The position numbers and the translations under genes are program-made. The notes below the pieces were generated by a model. That model was given only the letters and a program-made list of their open reading frames with translations, did not search any database and was not told where the DNA came from. From a virus (taxonomy: Duplodnaviria; Heunggongvirae; Uroviricota; Caudoviricetes), in the IMG/VR virus record IMGVR_UViG_3300045988_158394: DNA of 64,000 bases; one strand, given 5' to 3'. Numbering within the stretch: the stretch's first letter is position 1; each line of letters begins with the position of its first letter. This document shows, piece after piece, positions 32,426 through 42,036 of the stretch.

Positions 32426-33909
32426 TGGCCAGAAGTTGCGTAACGGATCCACGTTGGCGCGAGCTGGTGGCGCTATATCGTTATGACTGGATTGCTGCCG
32501 CTGATGTTTTGTTCGGCAAAACACCTACCTGGCAGCAGGATCTGATTATTGAGTCTGTGCAGGAACAGGGTAGCAAGACATCTGTTTCGTCTGGTCACGG
32601 TACCGGGAAATCAGACATGACTTCTATCATGATCATGTTGTTCATAATCATGTATCCCGGTGCCCGCGCCATTATCGTTGCGAACAAAATTCAGCAGGTA
32701 ATGACCGGTATATTCAAGTACATCAAGATAAACTGGGCTACTGCCACCAGCCGTTTCCCATGGCTTGCTGATTATTTTGTTCTGACAGAAACCGCTTTCT
32801 ATGAGGTTACTGGTAAAGGTGTATGGACTGTAGTACCGAAGGGCTTTCGTCTGGGAAGTGAAGAAGCTCTCGCCGGTGAACACGCAGATCATCTTCTGTA
32901 TATTATCGATGAAGCCTCCGGTGTCAGTGATAGAGCTTTCGGTATCATCACCGGTGCTCTTACCGGACAGGATAACCGCATCTTATTGCTGTCACAGCCT
33001 ACACGCCCAAGCGGCTATTTCTACGATACTCACCATAAACTGGCCAAGCGTCCTGGTAACCCTGATGGCGTTTATACGGCGATCACGCTTAACAGTGAGG
33101 AATCACCGCTGGTAACGCCAGCATTTATCAAAATGAAGCTGGCGGAGTACGGCGGTCGCGATAACCCTATGTACATGATTAAGGTACGCGGCCTATTCCC
33201 TAAATCACAGGATGGCTTCCTTCTTGGACGTGATGAGGTTGAACGTGCAACGCGGCGGAAAGTCAAGATTGCAAAAGGATGGGGCTGGCTTGCATGTGTG
33301 GACGTTGCTGGTGGTACGGGACGGGATAAGTCCGTTATCAATATCATGATGGTGTCCGGCCAGAGAAATAAACGCCGTGTAATCAACTATCGAATGCTGG
33401 AATACACAGACGTTACAGAAACGCAGCTTGCCGCCAAAATTTTCGCAGAATGTAATCCTGAGCGATTCCCAAATATTACCATAGCGATAGACGGCGATGG
33501 CCTGGGTAAAGCAACGGCGGATCTGATGTACGAGTATTATGGTATTACCGTACAGCGTATACGCTGGGGTAAAAAGATGCATAGCCGTGAAGATAAGAGC
33601 CTGTACTTTGATAAACGTGCTTATGCCAACGTTCAAGCCGCAGAGGCCGTAAAATCTGGTCGTATGAGACTGGATAAGGGTAATGAAACTATTGAGGAAG
33701 CGTCGAAAATCCCTGTAGGGATTAACTCCGCAGGTCAATGGAAGGTGATGAGTAAGGAGGATATGAAGAAAAAACTCAACCTGCACTCACCAGACCATTG
33801 GGATACATATTGTTTCGCTATGCTGGCGGATTATGTTCCCCAGGACGAAGTGCTTAGCGTCGAAGACGAAGCGCAGGTTGATGAAGCTCTGGCATGGCTT
33901 AATGAATGA
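32425..33909 (+). CDS. pacB: Terminase large subunit PacB
   Basis: 494 aa; Walker [10 protein letters not shown], Walker [11 protein letters not shown]; start overlaps pacA stop (taATGg). Confidence 0.9.
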   Translation: MARSCVTDPRWRELVALYRYDWIAAADVLFGKTPTWQQDLIIESVQEQGSKTSVSSGHGTGKSDMTSIMIMLFIIMYPGARAIIVANKIQQVMTGIFKYIKINWATATSRFPWLADYFVLTETAFYEVTGKGVWTVVPKGFRLGSEEALAGEHADHLLYIIDEASGVSDRAFGIITGALTGQDNRILLLSQPTRPSGYFYDTHHKLAKRPGNPDGVYTAITLNSEESPLVTPAFIKMKLAEYGGRDNPMYMIKVRGLFPKSQDGFLLGRDEVERATRRKVKIAKGWGWLACVDVAGGTGRDKSVINIMMVSGQRNKRRVINYRMLEYTDVTETQLAAKIFAECNPERFPNITIAIDGDGLGKATADLMYEYYGITVQRIRWGKKMHSREDKSLYFDKRAYANVQAAEAVKSGRMRLDKGNETIEEASKIPVGINSAGQWKVMSKEDMKKKLNLHSPDHWDTYCFAMLADYVPQDEVLSVEDEAQVDEALAWLNE

Positions 33910-33912
33910 ATA

Positions 33913-33929
33913 TTTGCTCTAATAAATTG
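33913..33929 (+). promoter_or_regulatory. C1 operator-like site
   Basis: TTTGCTCTAATAAATTG, 16/17 to consensus, 4 bp after the pacB stop. Confidence 0.5.
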
Positions 33930-33949
33930 TGTTTTTTAACTACCGATGT

Positions 33950-34260
33950 TACATTGAACCTGACCTCTTGCGCCTTGAGGCATTTTCGGTTTATGCTTAT
34001 CAGGCACCTCAGTAAAACGGGTGCCGGGATTGAGACCCCGGATAATGCAAAAGGCGACACAGACGCCAAAAGCGTCTTTTTTTGTGTCATGCCATCGCAC
34101 AGCCATACGTAGCGTTTAGCTCAGAGATCAATGGTAGTGCTGGCTGGGCTGCCGAAAGGCAGGCCGGTTCCCTTTTGCGCCGGTAGTCTCAACCCAGTCA
34201 GTGCTACCGCCATTGAGATTGAGACCTCACGCGGTAGCTCCTTAAATTAGCAAAAGGAGG
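33950..34260 (+). ncRNA. Candidate structured regulatory RNA / leader (c4-like) upstream of the icd-like and ant-like genes
   Basis: Several local hairpins (ggcacc...ggtgcc, ccggg...cccgg, ctgcc-GAAA-ggcag), a tRNA-like tagctcag...ggtag segment, direct repeats of attgagacc and gccattg, and an internal terminator. Confidence 0.25.
34062..34083 (+). terminator. Rho-independent terminator-like hairpin
   Basis: gacgcc-aaaa-ggcgtc followed by TTTTTTT. Confidence 0.5.
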
Positions 34261-34268
34261 CTGCCATT

Positions 34269-34490
34269 GTGGCTACTATCCCTACCCCTGCTCATCCTGA
34301 ATTTATCTGGCGCTTTTACTCCTGCCAAAAACGTCACTATCACTTCGTTATTGCACCGACAGAAGATGAGGCACGTTCTCAGCTTCCGGATGCTCCCTGT
34401 ATTTTCTCTGCCCGCTTTTCTACCGATTCGCGCAATTCTCTCAGTTACTGGTGCCTCCCTGTTAACGCTTCTGCTCAGGAGGGACTATGA
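34269..34490 (+). CDS. icd-like small ORF translationally coupled to the antirepressor gene
   Basis: 73 codons, GTG start 5 nt after AGGAGG; stop overlaps the ant-like ATG (ATGA). Confidence 0.35.
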   Translation: MATIPTPAHPEFIWRFYSCQKRHYHFVIAPTEDEARSQLPDAPCIFSARFSTDSRNSLSYWCLPVNASAQEGL

Positions 34491-35599
34491 GAACGTCATT
34501 AGTCACCCGTGAAGAGATGATCGAGGCAATTGAACAGCACACTGCCTGTATCAGTACCAGGGATATACCGGGCGTTATTGCCAACTACTTCATGATCACC
34601 AAACAACTTTACCGGAGAAAGGACAAACACGCGGTTCACCGCATTCTGCTAACCGATATCCGTGAATACCTGCTCGAACAGGGTCATCTGAATTACGCAA
34701 CCGTCGCAGCCGAAGCACGCAAGGAGGCACACAGAATGAAAGCAACTAACGTTAAATCAGAAAAAATTTATGCACCTTCAGTTCAGGAATCGGAACTGGT
34801 GGTTGTTCAGAATCAGCCGGATGAAATTCCCGTTCTGGAATGGCAGGGAGTACGTGTCGTGACAACCGAAACTCTTGCTAGAGGGTATGGGGTCGATGAA
34901 GCCAATATTCGCAACAATTTGTCTCGCAACCTTGACCGCTTTGAAGCAGGTAAGCATTACTTTCTTCTAACTGCTTTAAAATTAAGAGAATTTAAGAACA
35001 GAGTAACCGGAAGTTACTCTGTTGGTAAGAACGCCAGAAGCCTTACACTCTGGACAGAGCGCGGCGCTGCACGCATGTCTAAGATCGTGGACACAAATGA
35101 AGCATGGGCATTCTTTGAAAAACTGGAAGACAGCTACTTCCGGCAAAAAGAACAGCAACCGGTTGCAATCCCCCAGACGCTTCCAGAAGCTCTGCGCCTG
35201 GCTGCCGAACTGGCTGAACAAAAGCAGCTTCTGGAACAGAAAGCCCACCAGCTAAATCAGCAGCTGGTGGCCGCCGCTCCTAAAGTCGATTTTGCCGACC
35301 GGGTATCAGTAGCTAAAGGGATCCTGATTGGGAATTTTGCAAAGGTTGTTGGACTTAAGCAAAACGCGCTGTTTGCCTGGTTACGGGAGAACGGCATCCT
35401 GATAGCGTCCGGTGGACGTAAAAATGTGCCGTTCCAGCAGTACATCAATGCGGGGTATTTCACGGTGAAAGAAGTGGTGCTGGATGATGAAGATGGCTAC
35501 CAGATACGGTTGACGCCTCAATTAACGGGTAAAGGCCAGCAGTGGTTGACGCGTAAACTGCTCGATGCTGGCTTGTTAAAACCGGTGGCGGCTGAATAA
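34487..35599 (+). CDS. Antirepressor-like protein (ORF6N/KilAC-type N-domain + Ant C-terminal domain)
   Basis: 370 aa; N-domain WQGVRVVTTETLARGYGVDEANIRNNLSRNLDRFEAGKHYF; C-domain VAKGILIGNFAKVVGLKQNALFAWLRENGIL...QQYINAGYF. Confidence 0.55.
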   Translation: MRTSLVTREEMIEAIEQHTACISTRDIPGVIANYFMITKQLYRRKDKHAVHRILLTDIREYLLEQGHLNYATVAAEARKEAHRMKATNVKSEKIYAPSVQESELVVVQNQPDEIPVLEWQGVRVVTTETLARGYGVDEANIRNNLSRNLDRFEAGKHYFLLTALKLREFKNRVTGSYSVGKNARSLTLWTERGAARMSKIVDTNEAWAFFEKLEDSYFRQKEQQPVAIPQTLPEALRLAAELAEQKQLLEQKAHQLNQQLVAAAPKVDFADRVSVAKGILIGNFAKVVGLKQNALFAWLRENGILIASGGRKNVPFQQYINAGYFTVKEVVLDDEDGYQIRLTPQLTGKGQQWLTRKLLDAGLLKPVAAE

Positions 35600-35631
35600 T
35601 GGAAGAATGCCCGGTTGATGCCGGGCATAAT

Positions 35632-36483
35632 TTATTGCGCGCTTTCGGGGTTGTCGTTTACTGGCTGCCCCTTCTTGGTTTTACGGCTGCGCGTAACTGA
35701 TGCGGCTGACTTAACCTTTTTCTCTTCGCGAGTGATGGCAATTTGTTTTTTTACATTTTCAATATCTGCCAGGCGATATATTTTTGCCTGCGGCCAGCGG
35801 TCGCAGATGATCGGTTCTATGGAGTCATAAAGGCTAAATTTTGCTTTTTCGAATTCACCGTTGATGATAATTCCATCACGGAGAGTTTCATCGCAGATAA
35901 ACACGCCACACAGTGGCACATGGTAACTAACTGATTTACCATCATTGTAGTTAGGGCTACTGGAAATGTAGTGGACGCGCAGCATTGTTTCGCTAAAGCC
36001 GTGTACGCGCATACGGAATTTTTCATCCTCCGGGTACTGCCTCATTAGCTCTTTTGTTGCTTCCAGGTTCTCTATGTATTTCGCACTGTGCTCATTGATC
36101 CCCGCGCTTTTTTGGATGCGAATGTCCTTATCAATCAGATGAATAATGCGGCCAGCGGTCATGTTGACGCTGTTCACAGCTTCTGTCTGATAAGTTGTAA
36201 CCTTGCGCACACCGCGAAGGATGTTAGGCACTGGATATAAAATAGTCTTTGGGATATTGAGGTCTGGGTACTGTTCCAGTTCCCGCGCCATTAAAGTCCA
36301 TTTATCAATTTCAGCCTGAATGCTGTCAGTTTCTTTGAACGGTAGAACGACAACCGGGCGTACAGGACGACCGTCGCTGGCTGTATCAACGTGTTGGGCG
36401 CGTGCAACAGCTTTTTTTAGAAAGAGATCCCTGAAGCTGACGAACTCCTGGTACAGTTGTTCGCCGTAGACATAATTTATCAT
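35632..36483 (-). CDS. c1: C1 repressor of lysis
   Basis: 283 aa beginning MINYVYGEQLYQEF, matching P1 C1 in size and sequence as I recall it; lies between pacB and loxP. Confidence 0.9.
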   Translation of the reverse strand: MINYVYGEQLYQEFVSFRDLFLKKAVARAQHVDTASDGRPVRPVVVLPFKETDSIQAEIDKWTLMARELEQYPDLNIPKTILYPVPNILRGVRKVTTYQTEAVNSVNMTAGRIIHLIDKDIRIQKSAGINEHSAKYIENLEATKELMRQYPEDEKFRMRVHGFSETMLRVHYISSSPNYNDGKSVSYHVPLCGVFICDETLRDGIIINGEFEKAKFSLYDSIEPIICDRWPQAKIYRLADIENVKKQIAITREEKKVKSAASVTRSRKTKKGQPVNDNPESAQ

Positions 36484-36577
36484 TGATCCTCCTCCAGAAT
36501 TGACATGGTCAATAACGCCCGGCTGAGAAAACCGGTCATTACTGACCTATATTATAGAGGGATCAAACAAAAATAAT

Positions 36578-36594
36578 AGATTTATTAGTGCATT
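36578..36594 (-). promoter_or_regulatory. C1 operator-like site in c1 upstream region
   Basis: AGATTTATTAGTGCATT, reverse-complement orientation, one or two mismatches. Confidence 0.4.
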
Positions 36595-36803
36595 TATTGT
36601 GAGTCTAACTGGTTAGTTGCCATGAGATATTCGATTGTGTCAGTGAGGTCATCCAGGTCGTCTTGGGTGATGCGGTACTCCTGATTGGATATCTTTGAGT
36701 AGTGTTCAGCAATGGCGCGGGCAGCGTCGGTTTCGGCAGGGTCTACAGATAAAGCGTTAGAGCAATGTCTAACGTCGTCGATGGTTGGTTGAATGAAAGC
36801 CAT
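36594..36803 (-). CDS. coi: Coi (C1 inactivator)
   Basis: 69 aa directly upstream of c1 on the same strand, the size and position of P1 Coi. Confidence 0.8.
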   Translation of the reverse strand: MAFIQPTIDDVRHCSNALSVDPAETDAARAIAEHYSKISNQEYRITQDDLDDLTDTIEYLMATNQLDSQ

Positions 36804-37041
36804 AATTATGCCTCACTGTATTGACAACACAGAGCCTGAAGCTCTGACCTACTGTTTCACCCATGATCCATGCTGGGGTAATCTAACAACATTGCGCTGT
36901 GTGTAAGATGAACAATGCATAGCTGTAATGCCGTTGTATAAGGTTTCCCTGTTTGCTCATTTCCTTCTGAGCCGCTCTACAACGCTGAAGACACATTAAA
37001 TAGTGAATCCAAAGTCGTATTACGTAACGGCGGCAAAACTA

Positions 37042-37058
37042 TAATTTATTAGAGCAAT
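37042..37058 (-). promoter_or_regulatory. C1 operator (Op99-type)
   Basis: TAATTTATTAGAGCAAT is the reverse complement of the consensus. Confidence 0.55.
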
Positions 37059-37124
37059 TGTCAAACAACTATGAAAAACAATCCAGTTTTTAGCTGGTGG
37101 AGTGGGATTTTTCTCTCAAAATTT

Positions 37125-37141
37125 ATTGCTCTAATAAATCT
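37125..37141 (+). promoter_or_regulatory. C1 operator (Op99-type)
   Basis: ATTGCTCTAATAAATCT. Confidence 0.55.
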
Positions 37142-37184
37142 TGATTTTTGTGCGCTGCTGGACGTAAACTCCTCTTCGGACCTG

Positions 37185-37218
37185 ATAACTTCGTATAGCA
37201 TACATTATACGAAGTTAT
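37185..37218. other. loxP: loxP site-specific recombination site
   Basis: Exact 34 bp ATAACTTCGTATA-GCATACAT-TATACGAAGTTAT. Confidence 0.97.
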
Positions 37219-37407
37219 CTTAAGGGTTATTGAACATGATCAATTTACCTGTAAATCCATACAGTTCAATACCTTATCAGGTCAAATAGTGATCACTTGA
37301 TCATTTGATCAAGGTTGCGCTACGTAAAATCTGCGAAATGTTGGCAGTGTTAGTGCTCCAGATTTCGCGTAGCGCACTTAGCACCACCAATCAATCAGAG
37401 GTGAAAA

Positions 37408-37629
37408 ATGGGATATTCAGCTGCTAAAGTGTCCACTCATCTTGAGCTTGAGAAAAACCGTGGTTACTGGCGGGAAAAAGGGTTTGATCGTGATAGTTGT
37501 CAACTGTCATTATCGCGCGGTGAAGAGAAAATAGAACGCACGCGCGGTCGCTGGCGTTTCTATGACGAGAACCATAAACAGGTAAAGGCAGAGCCGATCC
37601 TGTACACTTTACTTAAAACCATTATCTGA
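37408..37629 (+). CDS. Hypothetical small protein immediately upstream of cre
   Basis: 73-aa ORF with strong SD (cagaggtgaaaaATG); stop 8 nt before the cre ATG; overlaps the GATC-rich cre promoter region. Confidence 0.35.
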   Translation: MGYSAAKVSTHLELEKNRGYWREKGFDRDSCQLSLSRGEEKIERTRGRWRFYDENHKQVKAEPILYTLLKTII

Positions 37630-37636
37630 GTGTTAA

Positions 37637-38668
37637 ATGTCCAATTTACTGACCGTACACCAAAATTTACCTGCATTACCGGTCGATGCAACGAGTGATG
37701 AGGTTCGCAAGAACCTGATGGACATGTTCAGGGATCGCCAGGCGTTTTCTGAGCATACCTGGAAAATGCTTCTGTCCGTTTGCCGGTCGTGGGCGGCATG
37801 GTGCAAGTTGAATAACCGGAAATGGTTTCCCGCAGAAACTGAAGATGTTCGCGATTATCTTCTATATCTTCAGGCGCGCGGTCTGGCAGTAAAAACTATC
37901 CAGCAACATTTGGGCCAGCTAAACATGCTTCATCGTCGGTCCGGGCTGCCACGACCAAGTGACAGCAATGCTGTTTCACTGGTTATGCGGCGGATCCGAA
38001 AAGAAAACGTTGATGCCGGTGAACGTGCAAAACAGGCTCTAGCGTTCGAACGCACTGATTTCGACCAGGTTCGTTCACTTATGGAAAATAGCGATCGCTG
38101 CCAGGATATACGTAATCTGGCATTTCTGGGGATTGCTTATAACACCCTGTTACGTATAGCCGAAATTGCCAGGATCAGGGTTAAAGATATCTCACGTACT
38201 GACGGTGGGAGAATGTTAATCCATATTGGCAGAACGAAAACGCTGGTTAGCACCGCAGGTGTAGAGAAGGCACTTAGCCTGGGGGTAACTAAACTGGTCG
38301 AGCGATGGATTTCCGTCTCTGGTGTAGCTGATGATCCGAATAACTACCTGTTTTGCCGGGTCAGAAAAAATGGTGTTGCCGCGCCATCTGCCACCAGCCA
38401 GCTATCAACTCGCGCCCTGGAAGGGATTTTTGAAGCAACTCATCGATTGATTTACGGCGCTAAGGATGACTCTGGTCAGAGATACCTGGCCTGGTCTGGA
38501 CACAGTGCCCGTGTCGGAGCCGCGCGAGATATGGCCCGCGCTGGAGTTTCAATACCGGAGATCATGCAAGCTGGTGGCTGGACCAATGTAAATATTGTCA
38601 TGAACTATATCCGTAACCTGGATAGTGAAACAGGGGCAATGGTGCGCCTGCTGGAAGATGGCGATTAG
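37637..38668 (+). CDS. cre: Cre tyrosine recombinase
   Basis: 343 aa starting MSNLLTVHQNLPALPVDATSDEVRKNLMDMFRDRQAFSEHTWKMLLSVCRSWAAWCKLNN..., the canonical P1 Cre sequence. Confidence 0.97.
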   Translation: MSNLLTVHQNLPALPVDATSDEVRKNLMDMFRDRQAFSEHTWKMLLSVCRSWAAWCKLNNRKWFPAETEDVRDYLLYLQARGLAVKTIQQHLGQLNMLHRRSGLPRPSDSNAVSLVMRRIRKENVDAGERAKQALAFERTDFDQVRSLMENSDRCQDIRNLAFLGIAYNTLLRIAEIARIRVKDISRTDGGRMLIHIGRTKTLVSTAGVEKALSLGVTKLVERWISVSGVADDPNNYLFCRVRKNGVAAPSATSQLSTRALEGIFEATHRLIYGAKDDSGQRYLAWSGHSARVGAARDMARAGVSIPEIMQAGGWTNVNIVMNYIRNLDSETGAMVRLLEDGD

Positions 38669-38685
38669 CCATTAACGCGTAAATG

Positions 38686-38702
38686 ATTGCTCTAATTCTT
38701 TG
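38686..38702 (+). promoter_or_regulatory. C1 operator-like site
   Basis: ATTGCTCTAATTCTTTG. Confidence 0.45.
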
Positions 38703-38718
38703 ATATTTATGGTGACAT

Positions 38719-39030
38719 ATGAGGAAGGATTTCAACATCGACGGAAAATATGTAGTGCTGTCTGTAAGCACCAATATTCAGTCGCCAGCCGTCATTGTCA
38801 CTGTAAAGCTGAACGATAGAATGCCTGATATTGACTCAATATCCGTTGCGTTTCCTGTCAAAAGTATGCGTAGTGCTGAACATTTCGTGATGAATGCCAC
38901 CGAGGAAGAAGCACGGCGCGGTTTTGCTAAAGTGATGTCTGAGTTTGGCGAACTCTTGGGTAAGGTTAACAATGTCCTTTCAATCAGTTCAGCAAGGTCC
39001 AAAGCGTTAACAGCTTCCATGATGAAATAA
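38719..39030 (+). CDS. cra: Cre-associated small protein
   Basis: 103-aa ORF directly downstream of cre; name by synteny. Confidence 0.55.
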   Translation: MRKDFNIDGKYVVLSVSTNIQSPAVIVTVKLNDRMPDIDSISVAFPVKSMRSAEHFVMNATEEEARRGFAKVMSEFGELLGKVNNVLSISSARSKALTASMMK

Positions 39031-39161
39031 AAAAAGCCTGGCAAGGAGCCAGGCTGCACAAAAGAGCGGGGTTGTATTCCGCATCCAATCAATCAAGAAG
39101 GAGTATAGCACACAGGTACTGAAGTGAAAAAATGTGATTCGCGATAAACAAAATATCTACC

Positions 39162-39178
39162 ATTGCTCTAATTGATTG
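39162..39178 (+). promoter_or_regulatory. C1 operator upstream of ref
   Basis: ATTGCTCTAATTGATTG. Confidence 0.5.
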
Positions 39179-39245
39179 TTATAATTGAGCCGCAGTTTTT
39201 GTCAACTACGAAGACGTTGCCATTACTTCACTCCTTGACATCATT

Positions 39246-39271
39246 GGCGGCCATTAGGCCGCCTTTTTTTT
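39246..39271 (+). terminator. Rho-independent terminator
   Basis: ggcggcc-atta-ggccgcc followed by TTTTTTTT, just before the ref ATG. Confidence 0.65.
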
Positions 39272-39276
39272 GCCAT

Positions 39277-39837
39277 ATGAAAACAATCGAACAAAAAATT
39301 GAACAGCGCCGCGAGTGGCAGAAGGCAGCCAGAGAACGAGCGATCGCTCGGCAACGGGAAAAGTTGGCTGACCCCGCCTGGCGAGAATCGCAATATCAGA
39401 AAATGCGGGATACTATCGACCGCCGTATCGCTAAACAGAAAGAGCGCCCACCAGCCAGCAAAACGCGGAAAAGCGCGGTAAAAATAAAATCTCGTGGCTT
39501 GAAGGGGAGAACACCAACGGCGGAGGAACGGCGCATCGCCAATGCTCTTGGCGCTCTCCCCTGCATTGCCTGCTACATGCATGGAGTAATATCTGAAGAG
39601 GTGTCTCTGCACCATATCTCCGGTCGTACCGCGCCGGGTTGTCACAAAAAGCAATTGCCCCTTTGCAGATGGCACCACCAGCATGCAGCACCGGCTGAAG
39701 TAAGAGAAAAATACCCTTGGCTGGTCCCTGTTCATGCCGATGGTGTGGTTGGAGGCAAGAAAGAATTCACCTTGCTTAACAAGTCAGAGATGGAGTTGCT
39801 GGCTGACGCCTATGAGATGGCAAACATCATGCACTAA
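39277..39837 (+). CDS. ref: Ref (recombination enhancement function) HNH endonuclease
   Basis: 186 aa from MKTIEQKIEQ (ATG inside ORF 39172..39837); HNH-type Cys/His motif region CIACYMHG...SLHHISGR...CHKKQLPLCRWHHQ; basic N-terminus. Confidence 0.85.
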   Translation: MKTIEQKIEQRREWQKAARERAIARQREKLADPAWRESQYQKMRDTIDRRIAKQKERPPASKTRKSAVKIKSRGLKGRTPTAEERRIANALGALPCIACYMHGVISEEVSLHHISGRTAPGCHKKQLPLCRWHHQHAAPAEVREKYPWLVPVHADGVVGGKKEFTLLNKSEMELLADAYEMANIMH

Positions 39838-39988
39838 TAAATATATTATTTTTAATCTGAAATAATTGACAACTGACAAGTGACTTCAGTCAGAATCATC
39901 ACACGCCCGGTACGGATGGATCCCTTTTCAAATATTCCATGGACGGCACAGTCTGAGTACCGGGCGCTACCTTCAGTTGTATTGCTAA

Positions 39989-40014
39989 GCCGCCGCTGGT
40001 GGCTTTTCTTTTTT
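39989..40014 (+). terminator. Terminator-like hairpin
   Basis: gccgcc-gct-ggtggc followed by a T-rich run. Confidence 0.45.
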
Positions 40015-40024
40015 GTGGGGCGCT

Positions 40025-40666
40025 ATGGATAAGAAAATATGCGTTGTTTCAATGAGCGTCGGCAAACCGGCGTCAATGACTGCTGCATGGATCAACAATG
40101 AGCTGATAATGGCTGAGCGGACCAGCTACCCTGAACGCCGCCGCGACATGGAACTCCAGCTGCTGCGCGAATTGCGAGAAAAAGAGGAAAAGGGTTTTAT
40201 CGTGCTGGTGGAAGAGGAAAACAGCTTTATTACTGGTCGAGTTGGCCAGCGTGTAAGGTTGCGAGATCCCTTTATGAACGGCAGGCCGGTACTGATTGAA
40301 GCAATGCAGATTTACAAGGAATTGGAACGCCAGAAAGCGATCAAGTTACCGCGCAAAGAATCCGGCAAATACATCCTCCACCAAAGCATCTTCGATTCCG
40401 AACACGACAAAAAAGGCGATGAATTTTTCAACATCAACTGGAGCGAAATAACGACAGAGCATGTTCTGACGTTACTATGTTGCTTTGCGACGGAATACAA
40501 CAACGTTGCCAGCGCAGACTACATCAGGGCAATGGCTGGAGAAGTTGAGGCACGCCAGGAACCATCGTTACTAAGCCCTCTGATTAACATAATTCGCGGA
40601 ACCCAAACGCTGGCACAAAAACAGGTGCCTAAGGGAGTATTAACAGGAAAAGGAAATTATCTATAA
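40025..40666 (+). CDS. mat: Hypothetical protein at the P1 mat position
   Basis: 213 aa from MDKKICVV (ATG inside ORF 40013..40666); backbone-like GC; assignment by synteny only. Confidence 0.4.
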   Translation: MDKKICVVSMSVGKPASMTAAWINNELIMAERTSYPERRRDMELQLLRELREKEEKGFIVLVEEENSFITGRVGQRVRLRDPFMNGRPVLIEAMQIYKELERQKAIKLPRKESGKYILHQSIFDSEHDKKGDEFFNINWSEITTEHVLTLLCCFATEYNNVASADYIRAMAGEVEARQEPSLLSPLINIIRGTQTLAQKQVPKGVLTGKGNYL

Positions 40667-40722
40667 ACGTCAATGCATTAGGGTATACTTCTCCGTAGAA
40701 CTATAAGTAAATGGAGTAAGTA

Positions 40723-42027
40723 ATGAGCGAGTATATAGAAATTGCCTATGCAGCAGCTACACATAGGCTGTGCTTTCTTACAGGCACTGGATTTTCAAAG
40801 GCTGTTTCTGATGATAAAGCCCCAAGTTGGCAATCTTTATTGGAGCAACTGTGCGGTTTATTGAAGGATGGTGACTCACTCAAAGAGGAATTATTTCCTG
40901 ATGGAAAAGCAAAAGACCTTAGCCTTGAAGAGGCTGCTCAGGTTATTGCACTAAAATTTATACTTTCGGGGAAAAATATTTACCAGGAGATTGAGAAAAT
41001 CATAGCCTCAATCGAACTTGATCCATCAATTGAATATATTCAAGACTTTTTCAAAGAAAACACATTTAAAGTAATTACGACAAATTATGACAAGTTAGCA
41101 GAAAAACTGGCTGGAGAGAATCGAACGTGTACAATCACCCCCGGCCTGCCAATTCCAAAATATAATTGTGAGGTTAAAGTCTACCATGTTCACGGCTCTA
41201 TAGACTCCCCATCAGATATGGTTGTTACTAGCGAGGATTATTTCAGATTTATAAATGGTAATTCTTACTTTTCAAATAAACTAAGCACAGTTCTACATGA
41301 AAACACTATTGTTATTCTTGGCTATTCTCTAAGTGACGCGAACCTCAAGGCGATTATAAATGAATATAAGGTATTTTCACGGGACAACGTAATGTCCTCC
41401 AATATTTTCCTTATTTCCCGAGGGAAACTATTGCAACCTATTAAAGATTACTATTTTTCCTGCTTTGGGATTAGGGTTATAGATAAAACAGAGGTGTCTG
41501 ATTTCTTTAGAAAACTTAACAAGAAAATTCCAGAAGCAAAAAAAATAAAAGACAAATTGAGGCACTCAATCAAATCGGTAATAAAAAACGGAAGAGAGTA
41601 TAAAATAGAGTTCTTGAAGTTAGAGGATTCTTTTTATCATATCATTTCCTCCATTTCATCATCTGGATATAGCTGGAATGATGAAAAGGTATTAAATGTT
41701 TTTTGTGATATAATAGATAAAAAAATAGATCTTACTAAAGAGTCTGGCGCATGGGAGCAGTATGAACACCTGGCAAAATGGCTTATTTATTTCGGTAGTT
41801 TATTTGAAGTAAAAGGAACCAACTTTGAGAAAAAATACATACATGCGGTTGAACACTCAATGACTTATATGAATAAACCTTACGAAACAGGCTACTCATG
41901 GCGAGCATATCTAGCCTGGAAAACAAAATGGCCTTCACTGACAGCATCTAACCGCTCTCTTATTAAGAGTAAGATGGAAGAAATCCCGCTACAACAGATT
42001 CACGATATTATATCTAAGTTTATATAG
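40723..42027 (+). CDS. SIR2-like (NAD-binding / putative NADase) defence-type protein with C-terminal domain of unknown function
   Basis: 434 aa; glycine loop LCFLTGTGFSKA, VITTNYDKLAEKL and YHVHGSI signatures of SIR2-family domains; conspicuously AT-rich relative to flanks; SD ggag 8 nt upstream. Confidence 0.7.
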   Translation: MSEYIEIAYAAATHRLCFLTGTGFSKAVSDDKAPSWQSLLEQLCGLLKDGDSLKEELFPDGKAKDLSLEEAAQVIALKFILSGKNIYQEIEKIIASIELDPSIEYIQDFFKENTFKVITTNYDKLAEKLAGENRTCTITPGLPIPKYNCEVKVYHVHGSIDSPSDMVVTSEDYFRFINGNSYFSNKLSTVLHENTIVILGYSLSDANLKAIINEYKVFSRDNVMSSNIFLISRGKLLQPIKDYYFSCFGIRVIDKTEVSDFFRKLNKKIPEAKKIKDKLRHSIKSVIKNGREYKIEFLKLEDSFYHIISSISSSGYSWNDEKVLNVFCDIIDKKIDLTKESGAWEQYEHLAKWLIYFGSLFEVKGTNFEKKYIHAVEHSMTYMNKPYETGYSWRAYLAWKTKWPSLTASNRSLIKSKMEEIPLQQIHDIISKFI

Positions 42028-42036
42028 TATATTTAT

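Noticed and set aside
34267-34512. 81-aa alternative-frame ORF overlapping the icd-like ORF
   Set aside because: Leu/Ser-rich low-complexity translation without charged residues; the 73-codon frame ending in ATGA coupling to the ant-like gene is the better candidate
40013-40666. Possibility that the gene upstream of the SIR2-like gene is its functional partner
   Set aside because: Its GC content matches the phage backbone rather than the AT-rich SIR2-like gene, and it sits at the conserved mat position; treated as backbone, though the P1 Mat sequence was not available to confirm
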